Counted from the stretch's first letter, positions 16,904 through 25,967 are shown. The stretch: DNA of 36,657 bases from a virus (IMGVR_UViG_3300037044_000037:1-36657), one strand, 5' to 3'. Notes: generated by a model not told the origin, from the letters alone. Numbers and translations: made by a program.

Positions 16904-18702
16904 TACATACCCCACTTGTCATCGAGAATATCACCTGAGATATCTCTACCCTCTACTGATTTCAAAACCGACAGCCTCACCATTGCATTGATCACGGCTG
17001 CTAATAGGTCAATTCTTTGGGTATCATCTGGGCTCTTCTTAGATAAAATGATGTTCCCGTTACGATCAATTACTTCTTTAGCGTTGATCAAACACCACTT
17101 CAAAACAGGGTTGCCGTCGTGAATCAGCTCGTTCTTGGCAACCATATCTCTGAAAAGCTTTGTGGGTTCGCTCAGTGTCTGCACGCCTTGCCGAATCTCA
17201 ACAATTGTGTATCCCTCAGCGTCCTGATCATTTGCCCAGCTCGTGGCTTGATAGGGGTCATAAGCAACTTCAAGAATATGCCAATCGTATGCTTTTTCCA
17301 TTTCACGCCGGTAGGCTGTGATCTCATCCTGGTCAACAACTTCACCATCAGTCTCAGTGACCCACCCTGCTTTAATCCAGTCTCGATAGGGGATGCTGTC
17401 TGTTTGTTCGTGTCTAGCCACCGCCCCTTGGGGGATAAAGCCGTGAGCAGTAATGACCAGCTTGCCACCAGCATAGAAAATAAACGCGCAGGCTGTGAGG
17501 TCAATGCTTTTCGACATATCCGCACCAAAAATGCACGACCATCCTTTAGTCATGGCGGCAAAAGATTTCTGATAATCCAGGGCAGATGTTTCCGGTTTTA
17601 CATCCTTTGGTGGAATAATGGCCAGATTATCCCAATTCGTGATAAACTCACCGATATAATTGTTTTCGCTTTCATAAACCCATATATCAAGATTCTTGAT
17701 CCTAAACGTCCTGATCTTTTGTGGGATTTTGCTATCAAAGGCCACGTCATGCTGCTTTTGAAGCCTGGCTAGTCCTTCAGGGGTTGCAGCACGCAGCGGG
17801 TTTGCCTTGATCCAGTTCTTTGGGTCGTGTTCATCATCGCCTTTATCGAGCTCACGAATCATGATGAAGTAGCGCTCATCCTTAACTGTATTCTCAGGAT
17901 CAAGGATCTGTTTGCATAATTTATATTCCAGATAACACGGGCTCTTTTCAGCATCCACACCCGCTGTGGTGATGATCACCATCAGTGATTGAGATCTGGC
18001 ACCAAAAGCCGACCACAGCAAATCATGAATCTCACTCGTGCGGTGTGCGTGATACTCATCGATGATCACGCCTGATGGATTTAGGCCGTCTTTGTTTTCT
18101 GTCTCTTTCGATAGGGGAACAAGCTCCCCCCCTCTGGTGACGTGTGAAATCTCATATCCGCGGATCTTGAGTCTCTTGCGAATATTAAGCGATTTTCTGG
18201 CCATGGCACTGGCAATTTTATAAACAATTCGAGCCTGTTCTTTATCAACAGCAGCGCAGAATACTTCAGGGCTTTCTTCGTTATCGGCGCACATCAAATA
18301 AAGAGCAATGCCGCCCTCTTCTGTGCTTTTGCCATTCTTTCTGGCTTCTTGCTTGTAAACCTTTTCGAACCGGCGAAAACCTGTGTCTTTGTGAACCCAG
18401 CCAAAAATACAGCCGAGATCAAACTTTTGAAATGGCAGCAGCTCAATAGGCTGACCAGCTAACGGTCCTTTTATGTGCGGAATATACTCAAACCATTCGT
18501 AAATCCGGTTTGCTTTTTCTTCGCTGAACACCCAGGGGAAGGCATCCGTTCCCTGTCGTGTGAGATCATCAAGATGACGCTGGCAAGCAAGACGCTCAGC
18601 AACACACACCGTGCGTGAACCATCAACCGCTTCGATGGCATATTGTGTGCACGGGTGAATCGCTTTATCTGTCAAATTTGCTGAACGTGTCTTCAATCTC
18701 AT
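16903..18702 (-). CDS. terL: Terminase large subunit
   Basis: Walker A ARKNGKS, Walker B IIDEYH, ITTAG coupling motif, nuclease GADMS..DLT and RIDLLAA; the start may be TTG 18675. Confidence 0.97.
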   Translation of the reverse strand: MRLKTRSANLTDKAIHPCTQYAIEAVDGSRTVCVAERLACQRHLDDLTRQGTDAFPWVFSEEKANRIYEWFEYIPHIKGPLAGQPIELLPFQKFDLGCIFGWVHKDTGFRRFEKVYKQEARKNGKSTEEGGIALYLMCADNEESPEVFCAAVDKEQARIVYKIASAMARKSLNIRKRLKIRGYEISHVTRGGELVPLSKETENKDGLNPSGVIIDEYHAHRTSEIHDLLWSAFGARSQSLMVIITTAGVDAEKSPCYLEYKLCKQILDPENTVKDERYFIMIRELDKGDDEHDPKNWIKANPLRAATPEGLARLQKQHDVAFDSKIPQKIRTFRIKNLDIWVYESENNYIGEFITNWDNLAIIPPKDVKPETSALDYQKSFAAMTKGWSCIFGADMSKSIDLTACAFIFYAGGKLVITAHGFIPQGAVARHEQTDSIPYRDWIKAGWVTETDGEVVDQDEITAYRREMEKAYDWHILEVAYDPYQATSWANDQDAEGYTIVEIRQGVQTLSEPTKLFRDMVAKNELIHDGNPVLKWCLINAKEVIDRNGNIILSKKSPDDTQRIDLLAAVINAMVRLSVLKSVEGRDISGDILDDKWGM

Positions 18703-19102
18703 CTGCCTTCTTTTTCACTAACCTTGCTCTTGATGCGGGAGAAAGCCCCAATTCGTTTGCAAGAGATTTGATGATCCTCACATAAGCCTGATAAGCTTTT
18801 GTTTCATCGGCGTCCAAAGTTGCTTTTTTTGATAAGGCTCTTGATTTTGCAACTGTTTCACAGTATGCCTCCAACAACTCTGTGTCCATGTTGTCGAGCA
18901 GATCGATCCCCTCAACAGAATTCAGGACCCTTTTCCAGACAGCTTTGGCGCCGGTTGATAATGACGCCGGAGCATTTATGGTCTTTGGTTTTTTTCGCTT
19001 TATAAGGTTGGCCGCTTGTTCCCTTGCGGCCAGTTGTTCCTTGGTCCAGTGTTTCCCACCGCCATTTTGAATTACTTCGTTTGCTTTGACTGGAGTTGGC
19101 AT
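18665..19102 (-). CDS. terS: Terminase small subunit (P27-like)
   Basis: APASLS..AKAVW, LEAYC and ELGLSPASRARL motifs. Confidence 0.92.
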   Translation of the reverse strand: MPTPVKANEVIQNGGGKHWTKEQLAAREQAANLIKRKKPKTINAPASLSTGAKAVWKRVLNSVEGIDLLDNMDTELLEAYCETVAKSRALSKKATLDADETKAYQAYVRIIKSLANELGLSPASRARLVKKKADEIEDTFSKFDR

Positions 19103-19119
19103 TCATTCTTAATGGTTTC

Positions 19120-19200
19120 GATCGGGGAATATTTCGTGCGTTCGACCCACGCACGGTTTATAATCAGAAGTTAGAAACATTTTGACCGCCCCTCCCCTCG
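19120..19200. other. Candidate cos region
   Basis: Lies at the HNH-terS junction; GGGGAGGGGCGGTCAAAA followed by dyad CGTGCGT-N7-ACGCACG (19135-19155). Confidence 0.45.
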
Positions 19201-19553
19201 GACGATTTTAAATTTCCAAATCCACCATCCAACAAAGCTGTTTTCTTGTTATGACAGTGGTCACACTTTCCATCCAGGTTAGATTCAGCATCGGTACCAC
19301 CCATTGACTTGGGCAGCACGTGATCAACCTGCGTAGCACGGACTAACGTGTCTGCATGATCACCGAATGGATCTGAACACCACGGATGTTTCTGCAGAAA
19401 CGAATTGCGTACCTTGCGCCATGAATATCCATATCCTCGATCATTTGCATTTGGCCGCTGTTTATCCACCGGATGCTTTGGACAACGCGGACCAGTCTGC
19501 ACCAACTCATTGCATCCTGGATATGTGCATGGACGATACGCTCGAAGTGGCAT
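19164..19553 (-). CDS. HNH endonuclease (terminase-associated)
   Basis: VDHVLP...NL...CDHCHNKKT motif; RGYG..W; N-terminal Cys cluster. Confidence 0.92.
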   Translation of the reverse strand: MPLRAYRPCTYPGCNELVQTGPRCPKHPVDKQRPNANDRGYGYSWRKVRNSFLQKHPWCSDPFGDHADTLVRATQVDHVLPKSMGGTDAESNLDGKCDHCHNKKTALLDGGFGNLKSSEGRGGQNVSNF

Positions 19554-19567
19554 TAGTTATCCTTCTG

Positions 19568-19846
19568 TTACTGAAACGGAATGGGCTCCCCGCCCATCTC
19601 TTTGACTTGGTGCGCCAAAGCAAGAGCCCAGCACTTCCAAATTGCAAGCTCTTTCTCTAATCCTTTTATTTTCTTTTCCAAAGGACCAATCAAAGACATA
19701 ACCGTTTCCCTTATCTGCTCATTAGCTTCGGCAGCCGTCTTATCTGTCTCGGCTTTGCTTTTCTTTCGCTGCCATAAGCCAGTGATATAAGCACCGGCAA
19801 CAACCCCTGCAAAACCAATTAAGGCAGTAACGACAATTTCCATCAT
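19568..19846 (-). CDS. Single-TM coiled-coil protein (lysis accessory candidate)
   Basis: N-terminal TM segment followed by a coiled coil. Confidence 0.65.
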   Translation of the reverse strand: MMEIVVTALIGFAGVVAGAYITGLWQRKKSKAETDKTAAEANEQIRETVMSLIGPLEKKIKGLEKELAIWKCWALALAHQVKEMGGEPIPFQ

Positions 19847-19856
19847 TGCCGCCCGC

Positions 19857-20294
19857 TCAACCCAACGTGCCGGATCTGTAATACTTTGCGTTCTTCACAT
19901 CACTTGGCTGCGGACTGGCGATGTATGCAATCTGATTACCTATGACAGCCCAAATCACCATTGCGATTAACTCTTTTGCAGAAGTAAGTGAACATGAAAC
20001 ACCAGGCACCGGGAACCAATTGATACAACTAAACAAGATGATCAACCCTGAAAGCACAAACATAAGAATAAGGTTGACTACTATTTTCAAACCGGATGAA
20101 AGACTGGCAAATTGTTCACGCATGCTTGGCCAGAAGGTCCATGCCAGCGACAAGATCGCACCAGCCAGGAACACCAGGATGTTTGCATCCAACACCCAAC
20201 CTTCAGGCAGCAACCTGTTGAGCACTGTCAACAGAGAAAAGGCAATCAGCAAGATCACAAACCCAATCCCGAACCATTTCAAAAACGTTTTCAT
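19857..20294 (-). CDS. Multi-TM membrane protein, holin candidate
   Basis: About four hydrophobic segments and a basic C-terminus; start re-called at ATG 20294 with AGGAG RBS. Confidence 0.6.
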   Translation of the reverse strand: MKTFLKWFGIGFVILLIAFSLLTVLNRLLPEGWVLDANILVFLAGAILSLAWTFWPSMREQFASLSSGLKIVVNLILMFVLSGLIILFSCINWFPVPGVSCSLTSAKELIAMVIWAVIGNQIAYIASPQPSDVKNAKYYRSGTLG

Positions 20295-20349
20295 TTGTCC
20301 ACTCCTAAAGGTTATCAACGGATAATCAGTACATCTACTGTCAACAGTC

Positions 20350-20396
20350 ATAGTAACCGCCATCTGTGGCGGTTTCAATGTGTGGAAAACCGAATA
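20350..20396 (-). promoter_or_regulatory. Late promoter P1 with upstream box
   Basis: TATTCGGTTTTCCACACA-TTGAAA-17 bp-TACTAT; the spacer is a palindrome (AACCGCCA..TGGCGGTT). Confidence 0.7.
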
Positions 20397-20407
20397 GTGC
20401 CAGCCGC

Positions 20408-20449
20408 TTAAAGCAAGAAATCCACGCGCACCAACGTGGATTTCTTGCA
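20408..20449 (-). terminator. Strong hairpin/terminator between the twin promoters
   Basis: 14-bp perfect stem GCAAGAAATCCACG/CGTGGATTTCTTGC followed by TTTAA. Confidence 0.65.
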
Positions 20450-20485
20450 TACCCGCACAACCTACCTATAAGGAGAACCAGACTC

Positions 20486-20532
20486 ATAGTATCAATTCGC
20501 GCAGCCAGGTGCAATGTGTGGAAAACCGAATA
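20486..20532 (-). promoter_or_regulatory. Late promoter P2 with identical upstream box
   Basis: TATTCGGTTTTCCACACA-TTGCAC-17 bp-TACTAT. Confidence 0.7.
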
Positions 20533-20815
20533 CCTGTAAATTGACTGCGAGGGCGAGAGCGGACTTCGCCAATCTCTTTGACCAAGTAGGGCTCCTGATC
20601 CTTGTCTTTTCTACAATGACGGTTACTGAGCAGATCCGGCGACCAATACGCGCCAGTCGATACCGCTCTCCACACACTTTATGCCAGTGAGCAATATATT
20701 CATGCAACATAGAATAATTACTAACACCAAAGAAATAATCAAATGATCCACAGGCAATATATGTATCACTGGTCCAACCAATAGACGTTTGATCCCAATA
20801 ATTGGTTGTAATCAT
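20492..20815 (-). CDS. Hypothetical protein
   Basis: ATGA overlap with the LuxR gene stop; the 3' end overlaps promoter P2. Confidence 0.35.
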   Translation of the reverse strand: MITTNYWDQTSIGWTSDTYIACGSFDYFFGVSNYSMLHEYIAHWHKVCGERYRLARIGRRICSVTVIVEKTRIRSPTWSKRLAKSALALAVNLQVFGFPHIAPGCAN

Positions 20816-21042
20816 TCTCTATTCACAACTCCCAACCCAACAGCCTTGCTCGCCGCGGATGCAGTGGTCGCAGCGTCAAACTTCCTCTTGATTTGACTAA
20901 CCAACATCTCGACCCTGCGCAGCGTAATACCAAGCCTTTGCGCCGTCTCGGCCTGCAGCTCACCGCGGACAATGCCCTGCAGCACTTCCATTTCTCGTTC
21001 TGTCAATGTTGGAGTGTCAAAGACCATATCTTTCCTCTGCAC
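20812..21042 (-). CDS. Stand-alone LuxR/GerE-type HTH regulator (candidate late activator)
   Basis: LTEREMEVLQGIVRG...ETAQRLGIT...IKRKF...AVGLG signature. Confidence 0.88.
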   Translation of the reverse strand: MQRKDMVFDTPTLTEREMEVLQGIVRGELQAETAQRLGITLRRVEMLVSQIKRKFDAATTASAASKAVGLGVVNRE

Positions 21043-21069
21043 AATCTGACGCTGTTGGCTACACGCTGT

Positions 21070-21498
21070 TTATAATAATTTACCAGTTCTTGCACTGTGT
21101 TTTGTCCATTTCACCGGTGGATGCATTCGCTCGGTCACAGCCACCTCATGCGCAAACTCGTAATAAATCACACACTTTGCCAGCGAACCATAAAATGTTT
21201 CACTGTGAAAATGGATGTTGTTGATATACACACCACGCGGATCGGTCATCAGGTAATCATGATCAAAACCTACCGACTGATTATTGCAATTCAAATATGA
21301 GATCATTTCGATGAACTTCTCGGCGTTAGTCTGCACATAATCAAACTTGGATGCTGCCAGTTCCCAGGCTTCAGTTTCACTCATCCGCTCGACCACTTCA
21401 CGCATATCTGCACACAGCGCTATATCGCCAATCCGTGGAGTGGATTCAATCCGTGCGCGCAAGTTGCTTACCCTGGTCTCAAGCAGCAATCTACCCAT
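21070..21498 (-). CDS. Hypothetical protein
   Basis: GAGG RBS; in operon. Confidence 0.6.
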   Translation of the reverse strand: MGRLLLETRVSNLRARIESTPRIGDIALCADMREVVERMSETEAWELAASKFDYVQTNAEKFIEMISYLNCNNQSVGFDHDYLMTDPRGVYINNIHFHSETFYGSLAKCVIYYEFAHEVAVTERMHPPVKWTKHSARTGKLL

Positions 21499-21507
21499 AT
21501 CAGCCTC

Positions 21508-21585
21508 TCAACACAAAACCAATAAAATACCGATGATCAAACAAGTTACGATGATAAACACGATCACCCATTCTTCACGCCTCAT
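21508..21585 (-). CDS. 25-aa single-TM peptide (not in ORF track)
   Basis: MRREEWVIVFIIVTCLIIGILLVLC; ATGA overlap with the upstream gene. Confidence 0.5.
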   Translation of the reverse strand: MRREEWVIVFIIVTCLIIGILLVLC

Positions 21586-21869
21586 GGAACACACACCCTG
21601 CATTGGCAGTCGTTTATGAAATTGTCATTACTCAACTGCTGGCCATCTTCATCGGTATAGTGAAATCCAGCCTCCTCCATTGTTTCAGGAGTGAAAGGCT
21701 TATCATCCAAGGCCGGCATCCTTGTCAGGCGAATAAATAAAAAATCACATCTATCCAATATGATGGGCGCATGTTTATAGAAATTTACTTTTGCCTTGCC
21801 CCGCGTCTCGCCGTGGATCGGCATACACCAATCCTCACCCTCAATCCGACCAACATAAGCCAGCATCAA
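21582..21869 (-). CDS. Hypothetical protein
   Basis: GAGGTG RBS; coupled to neighbours; C-terminal CxCxxC. Confidence 0.65.
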   Translation of the reverse strand: MMLAYVGRIEGEDWCMPIHGETRGKAKVNFYKHAPIILDRCDFLFIRLTRMPALDDKPFTPETMEEAGFHYTDEDGQQLSNDNFINDCQCRVCVP

Positions 21870-22015
21870 TCCACCTCGTCCGATTTCGCCGGCGGAGTTC
21901 TTTCAGGTTCACCCTGGCCAAGAGTATTTTCTTCCTTTGCCATTTGACCAAGGCCGGCAGCAAATAGACCGATGATCACTCCAACACAGAGACAAATCAC
22001 ACACGGAAACCACAT
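21866..22015 (-). CDS. 49-aa single-TM protein (not in ORF track)
   Basis: MWFPCVICLCVGVIIGLFAAGLGQMAKEE...; GAGGGG RBS; fills the gap exactly. Confidence 0.6.
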   Translation of the reverse strand: MWFPCVICLCVGVIIGLFAAGLGQMAKEENTLGQGEPERTPPAKSDEVD

Positions 22016-22017
22016 AA

Positions 22018-22659
22018 TCACCCCTCGACTTTCTTGAACTCAATCACCCACACCCACGGATTACTCTCCCACGGATACTTGCCATTGATCGAATTCCAAA
22101 GAAATTTGAATACATCCCGGTAACTTTCAAGCGGATCACCTACTTTGAATCCTGGTTGTGGAATATTTACCTTTTTTACAGTCATCCCTTCTTTTTCTGC
22201 GTCACTTTCTGTAATATCTTGCAACCGTTCAACACGGATGTTTACTATTTCAAGCAATATCCGCGATGCCCAGCGAGGCATGAAGATCGAAGGTCGCCAG
22301 TTGTAATTCAATTCACCTTTGAAGTTTTCAGGACACTTTATTGAAGTCATATCCGCTCGAAAACATAATTGCTTTTCAAGTACACCTTCAAGAAAACGAA
22401 CATCCCACGTTTCACGCACCCAAAGGCAATCTCCTGGCTGACCAAATGGAGATGGTGGTACTCCGATAAATTCAGCGTCATCATAACCTTCGCTGTCTTT
22501 GAATACGCGCTTTTCCCAAGACCAACCATTAGGTAATTTGTCTTGACTTGAAAAAACAATTACTTTTTTAATTACCCGCCTGGTCTGTGTTTTCTTTCCA
22601 TCCAGAATGGCTCTCACCATCTCGCCGCTAAATAATATCGGTCGCTCTTTTACCATCAC
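22018..22659 (-). CDS. ASCH/PUA-like phage protein
   Basis: ERPILFSGEMVRAILDGKKTQTRR, LWVRETW, WRPSIFMPRWASRI and NPWVWVIEF motifs. Confidence 0.85.
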   Translation of the reverse strand: MMVKERPILFSGEMVRAILDGKKTQTRRVIKKVIVFSSQDKLPNGWSWEKRVFKDSEGYDDAEFIGVPPSPFGQPGDCLWVRETWDVRFLEGVLEKQLCFRADMTSIKCPENFKGELNYNWRPSIFMPRWASRILLEIVNIRVERLQDITESDAEKEGMTVKKVNIPQPGFKVGDPLESYRDVFKFLWNSINGKYPWESNPWVWVIEFKKVEG

Positions 22660-23318
22660 TGCCTCTCTTCCGGTTCAATCCAATCCAACCCAAGCACCCT
22701 AAACACATCCTCTTCTTCAGGTGTGTCAATCGCTTCACCATTCACCCGCCAGACACGTTTGCCGTTGGCGTCTCTTTCACTCACACCATTGCGCCAAACC
22801 CGACCTTCATGAATGTGCAAATTGGAAGGGCACAATCCATAATCCTGCTTCGAGGTCACCAGGCGCCTTACAAATATCGCGCTGCCGGTTCTGATCGTAT
22901 AAACCACGCCCCACTTCTCTGGTGTGGTCAAATAAATTTCAAATGTGGGTCCCCTGCTCGACCTAAAAACCTTCTTCAACAGCGGACCGTTGCACCCGAA
23001 TTCATAGCCTTCTTCATGCAATATCCGTGTGATGCGTTCATGCCCGAAGATCGGTTCTTCTTTCCAGTTGTGATCAACCATCGGGATGGGTACAGCTTCA
23101 TCAAAAAGATCTGGCTGTGGCTTAAACTTATCCGTGCAGGTTTTACGGATGCTTGTCTTGGGGATCAGCACAATCTCAACATCACCCACTGTCAACTGCT
23201 TGCGCCGTAAGCTGCCAGCTATCTCAATACGGTCGCATTCAGGCGCCAGAAGATCAACCATCCGGCTTGCTAATAAATACGCCTGCCCAAAGGGATAACG
23301 AATATTACTGCTTGACAT
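22656..23318 (-). CDS. Minimal family-X DNA polymerase-like nucleotidyltransferase (palm and thumb only)
   Basis: IAGSLRR...GDVEIV, TGS and EEDVFRVLGLDWIEPEER motifs. Confidence 0.88.
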   Translation of the reverse strand: MSSSNIRYPFGQAYLLASRMVDLLAPECDRIEIAGSLRRKQLTVGDVEIVLIPKTSIRKTCTDKFKPQPDLFDEAVPIPMVDHNWKEEPIFGHERITRILHEEGYEFGCNGPLLKKVFRSSRGPTFEIYLTTPEKWGVVYTIRTGSAIFVRRLVTSKQDYGLCPSNLHIHEGRVWRNGVSERDANGKRVWRVNGEAIDTPEEEDVFRVLGLDWIEPEERQ

Positions 23319-23571
23319 TATTCACCTCAGCTTGTGCATTTTTTGCACATACTCCAATAAAAAGTTCGTGAAGCAAACAGGCTTTATCTTCTCGAACTTC
23401 AATACCAGGTATCGCCACTAAATGGTGCTTGAAATCTTCCGGATGCACGTCAACAATCTCGGCCGGCACCCCTGTTCGCTTGTAATGAGCAGCAATCCCG
23501 TCGGCAATATTCATATCCAACGTCTTTGCAGGGTTCAACCGCCAGATAATACCCACGTCGCCGATAGTCAT
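23305..23571 (-). CDS. Hypothetical protein
   Basis: AAGGAG RBS; overlaps neighbours. Confidence 0.65.
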   Translation of the reverse strand: MTIGDVGIIWRLNPAKTLDMNIADGIAAHYKRTGVPAEIVDVHPEDFKHHLVAIPGIEVREDKACLLHELFIGVCAKNAQAEVNNVKQ

Positions 23572-24515
23572 AGCACAGCTCCTTCGTGCGTACCCCGCGA
23601 GATCACATCGTGAACAAGCAGGGGTTTCATCTCTTTCAATCGCCTGATCCGATAATCAACAGTCCTGTGATTCTGCTTCATCATCCGGCTGATCTCAAGC
23701 GAAGTTTTACCTTCGCTTTTCATCTTCATCATGAAGGCGTCTGCTGCCGGTGTAATCCATTTACACTTTAGGTCAGTAACCCTCGGCCTGATCCACTTTT
23801 CCGCGATACTACGACGGATAAACCAGAGCGCCCAACGATTTCCGCCTCTTCCGCCCAAGTGTCGAATATGCACTCCAGGCAGTTCTTTCGACATCAGTTT
23901 TTTTGTCACTGTCTTGACATCTTCAACCCCGTGCATGTCTGCAAACTGCCGCGTCGAGATCCATTCATCACCCCAGCGTTCGTGAGCCTTTTCAACCAGG
24001 CGTCGAAAATACCCTGGCTTTATCCGTTCAACCCTCACATAAGGGAAGTTCTTCGGCCTGGTCAGCCAGAATTTCAGATCTTCAATATTGACCCGCAGCG
24101 TCTTATTTTTTACATAAGTGGATGCGATATACTCGCCGGGCAAAATACCATTCCTGATCCATCCCGGTACCGTGTGCGAATCAACACCCAGCAGCAGACA
24201 CACCTGGTGCGCCGTCATCCATCCGGCCTGTTTGGTTGCAGGTCTGAATGCTTTCCGAAATTGGCGAATCTTGATCGCGTTTTCAGATCTGCCTATATGC
24301 TCGCCAATTTGAACCATCGTCAATTTACCTAAGTTCGCATTGATAAACGCATCTTCCTCTTTCGTCCACTTCAAACTTTTACTATTCCGATTAATCACTT
24401 TATTTTGGTTTACTCTGACCACAGAGCGAACCATACCGCCCCTGGCTTTGATCACAGAAGCCGAAGACCCATGCTCCATCAATGTTTGATCAACAAGCGT
24501 CAAAATAAAATCCAT
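23568..24515 (-). CDS. Multi-HTH DNA-binding protein (Myb-like and excisionase-like modules)
   Basis: WTKEED...IGRSENAIKIR; WMTAHQVCLLLGVDSHTVPGWI; WISTRQFADMHGV; C-terminal HTH. Confidence 0.75.
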   Translation of the reverse strand: MDFILTLVDQTLMEHGSSASVIKARGGMVRSVVRVNQNKVINRNSKSLKWTKEEDAFINANLGKLTMVQIGEHIGRSENAIKIRQFRKAFRPATKQAGWMTAHQVCLLLGVDSHTVPGWIRNGILPGEYIASTYVKNKTLRVNIEDLKFWLTRPKNFPYVRVERIKPGYFRRLVEKAHERWGDEWISTRQFADMHGVEDVKTVTKKLMSKELPGVHIRHLGGRGGNRWALWFIRRSIAEKWIRPRVTDLKCKWITPAADAFMMKMKSEGKTSLEISRMMKQNHRTVDYRIRRLKEMKPLLVHDVISRGTHEGAVL

Positions 24516-24518
24516 TTT

Positions 24519-25415
24519 CTACCCTCTGTTCGTTTTTCCAACCAGGTCTTGAAGGAACTCCACCAGTGTGCAGCCATCACATACAGTTTTGGATGCATCG
24601 TCACGCAGCGCACACCGGTCGCAAACATTACGCGCCGTGATCTCAACCAAAGGCCATGGCGGAACTCTGCCGGCAGCGGCAATCACATCATAGATCGGTC
24701 TCTTTACATCCCCGGTCTTGATTCTTGACAGCCTGATGGATGGAACTTCAGTTGAAGGTATCTTTTCTTCATTGAGATGGCAGACCAGCCGCGCACAGGC
24801 TTCAACACAGGCTTTTACACCGGCATGTCGGCTGGCCAGGGCTTTAGCAATTTCGACTCTTGATTTTGCATCCGGAACAGACAGCAATGCATCCACCACC
24901 CGGTTGTCTTTTGCCAGGCTTCCCTCGTTGATCAACGTCAATATGGCTTCGTCCAGCTTCAAGGTTTTGAGTGCAAGATTCACCCTTGGAATCGATACAC
25001 CAAGCATTTGAGCGATATGTGTATTCGTCAACATCTGTTCATCTTTAAGCTTGCGAATGGCTTTTGCCTCATCAACTGTGGCCAGGTTCGAGCGCTGGAT
25101 GTTCTCCACCAGGGCAATCACCGACCGCTTTTTGTCATCCGCTGGGGTCATCGGTTCTCTTACAATGCATTCGATATTCTTGAGCCCGGCAAGTTTTGAG
25201 GCTCTCAGCCGGCGCTCTCCTGCGATCAGGTAATAATGATCTGGTTTATTGGTTTGCTTGTGTGGACCCTCAACCGTGATCGGGTTGATCAATCCATTCT
25301 CCAAAATGGAGTTTGACAGCTCAATTAATTCAGCCTGGTCAAAATGCTTTCTCGGCTGTTGTGGGTTTGGTTCAATCAGTTCAATGTCAATCATTTGGGT
25401 GGAGGGCATAGTCAA
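24519..25415 (-). CDS. parB: ParB/Spo0J-family protein with C-terminal Cys cluster
   Basis: PNPQQPRKHF, LIAGERRLRA and ALVENIQRSNL motifs plus HTH; C-terminal CDRC...CDGC. Confidence 0.9.
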   Translation of the reverse strand: MTMPSTQMIDIELIEPNPQQPRKHFDQAELIELSNSILENGLINPITVEGPHKQTNKPDHYYLIAGERRLRASKLAGLKNIECIVREPMTPADDKKRSVIALVENIQRSNLATVDEAKAIRKLKDEQMLTNTHIAQMLGVSIPRVNLALKTLKLDEAILTLINEGSLAKDNRVVDALLSVPDAKSRVEIAKALASRHAGVKACVEACARLVCHLNEEKIPSTEVPSIRLSRIKTGDVKRPIYDVIAAAGRVPPWPLVEITARNVCDRCALRDDASKTVCDGCTLVEFLQDLVGKTNRG

Positions 25416-25642
25416 TTCCTTTTCGCTTTCAATGAGTCGCGAAGATCTTCAAGCTCACGCTCTGCAATCAGCGCACGACTCATCCAATAAATGGTTCCCT
25501 GAATTTGAGCAAGCAGCGTGTTGCCAAGCATGTCAAACATTCTCCTGGTCGGGGTGCCCGCCGATTCAACCAATAATTCCTTGGTCTGCACATAGAGTTC
25601 GGCCAGCTTTTCTTCAGGTATGTTGATTGTCTTATTAGTCAT
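25412..25642 (-). CDS. Hypothetical protein
   Basis: In operon; overlaps neighbours. Confidence 0.6.
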   Translation of the reverse strand: MTNKTINIPEEKLAELYVQTKELLVESAGTPTRRMFDMLGNTLLAQIQGTIYWMSRALIAERELEDLRDSLKAKRN

Positions 25643-25967
25643 GTGAAACCTTTACTGGTCTAAGTTCTATTGGAAAATTACAAGGTTTTTCGAACGGCTT
25701 ATCAATATGAAAGATTTCCTCAATACTCCACGAAGCTTCAACCGGTGAGAAAGACAAAGTAACATCCTCTCCACCAATACTGGTCTCCAAAAACAAAAAA
25801 GTAATTTCTTCAATAGTTGCTTTTTTACAACGAACAAGATTCCACAGAAGCGTTGCCGGTGACTTGATCCAATAGTATTCGTCTTTTTCAACAAAAAAAC
25901 ACATAGCCTTTATGCTTGCTGGAAAGACCACTAATTTAGGTTTGTTTTTGTTATCGCTCATACACAC
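25635..25967 (-). CDS. Hypothetical protein (AT-rich)
   Basis: GAGGTG RBS; in operon. Confidence 0.55.
   Translation of the reverse strand: MCMSDNKNKPKLVVFPASIKAMCFFVEKDEYYWIKSPATLLWNLVRCKKATIEEITFLFLETSIGGEDVTLSFSPVEASWSIEEIFHIDKPFEKPCNFPIELRPVKVSHD

Noticed and set aside
20295-20450. N-terminal extension of ORF 19857..20450
   Set aside because: Overlaps promoter P1 and the terminator; the RBS supports ATG 20294
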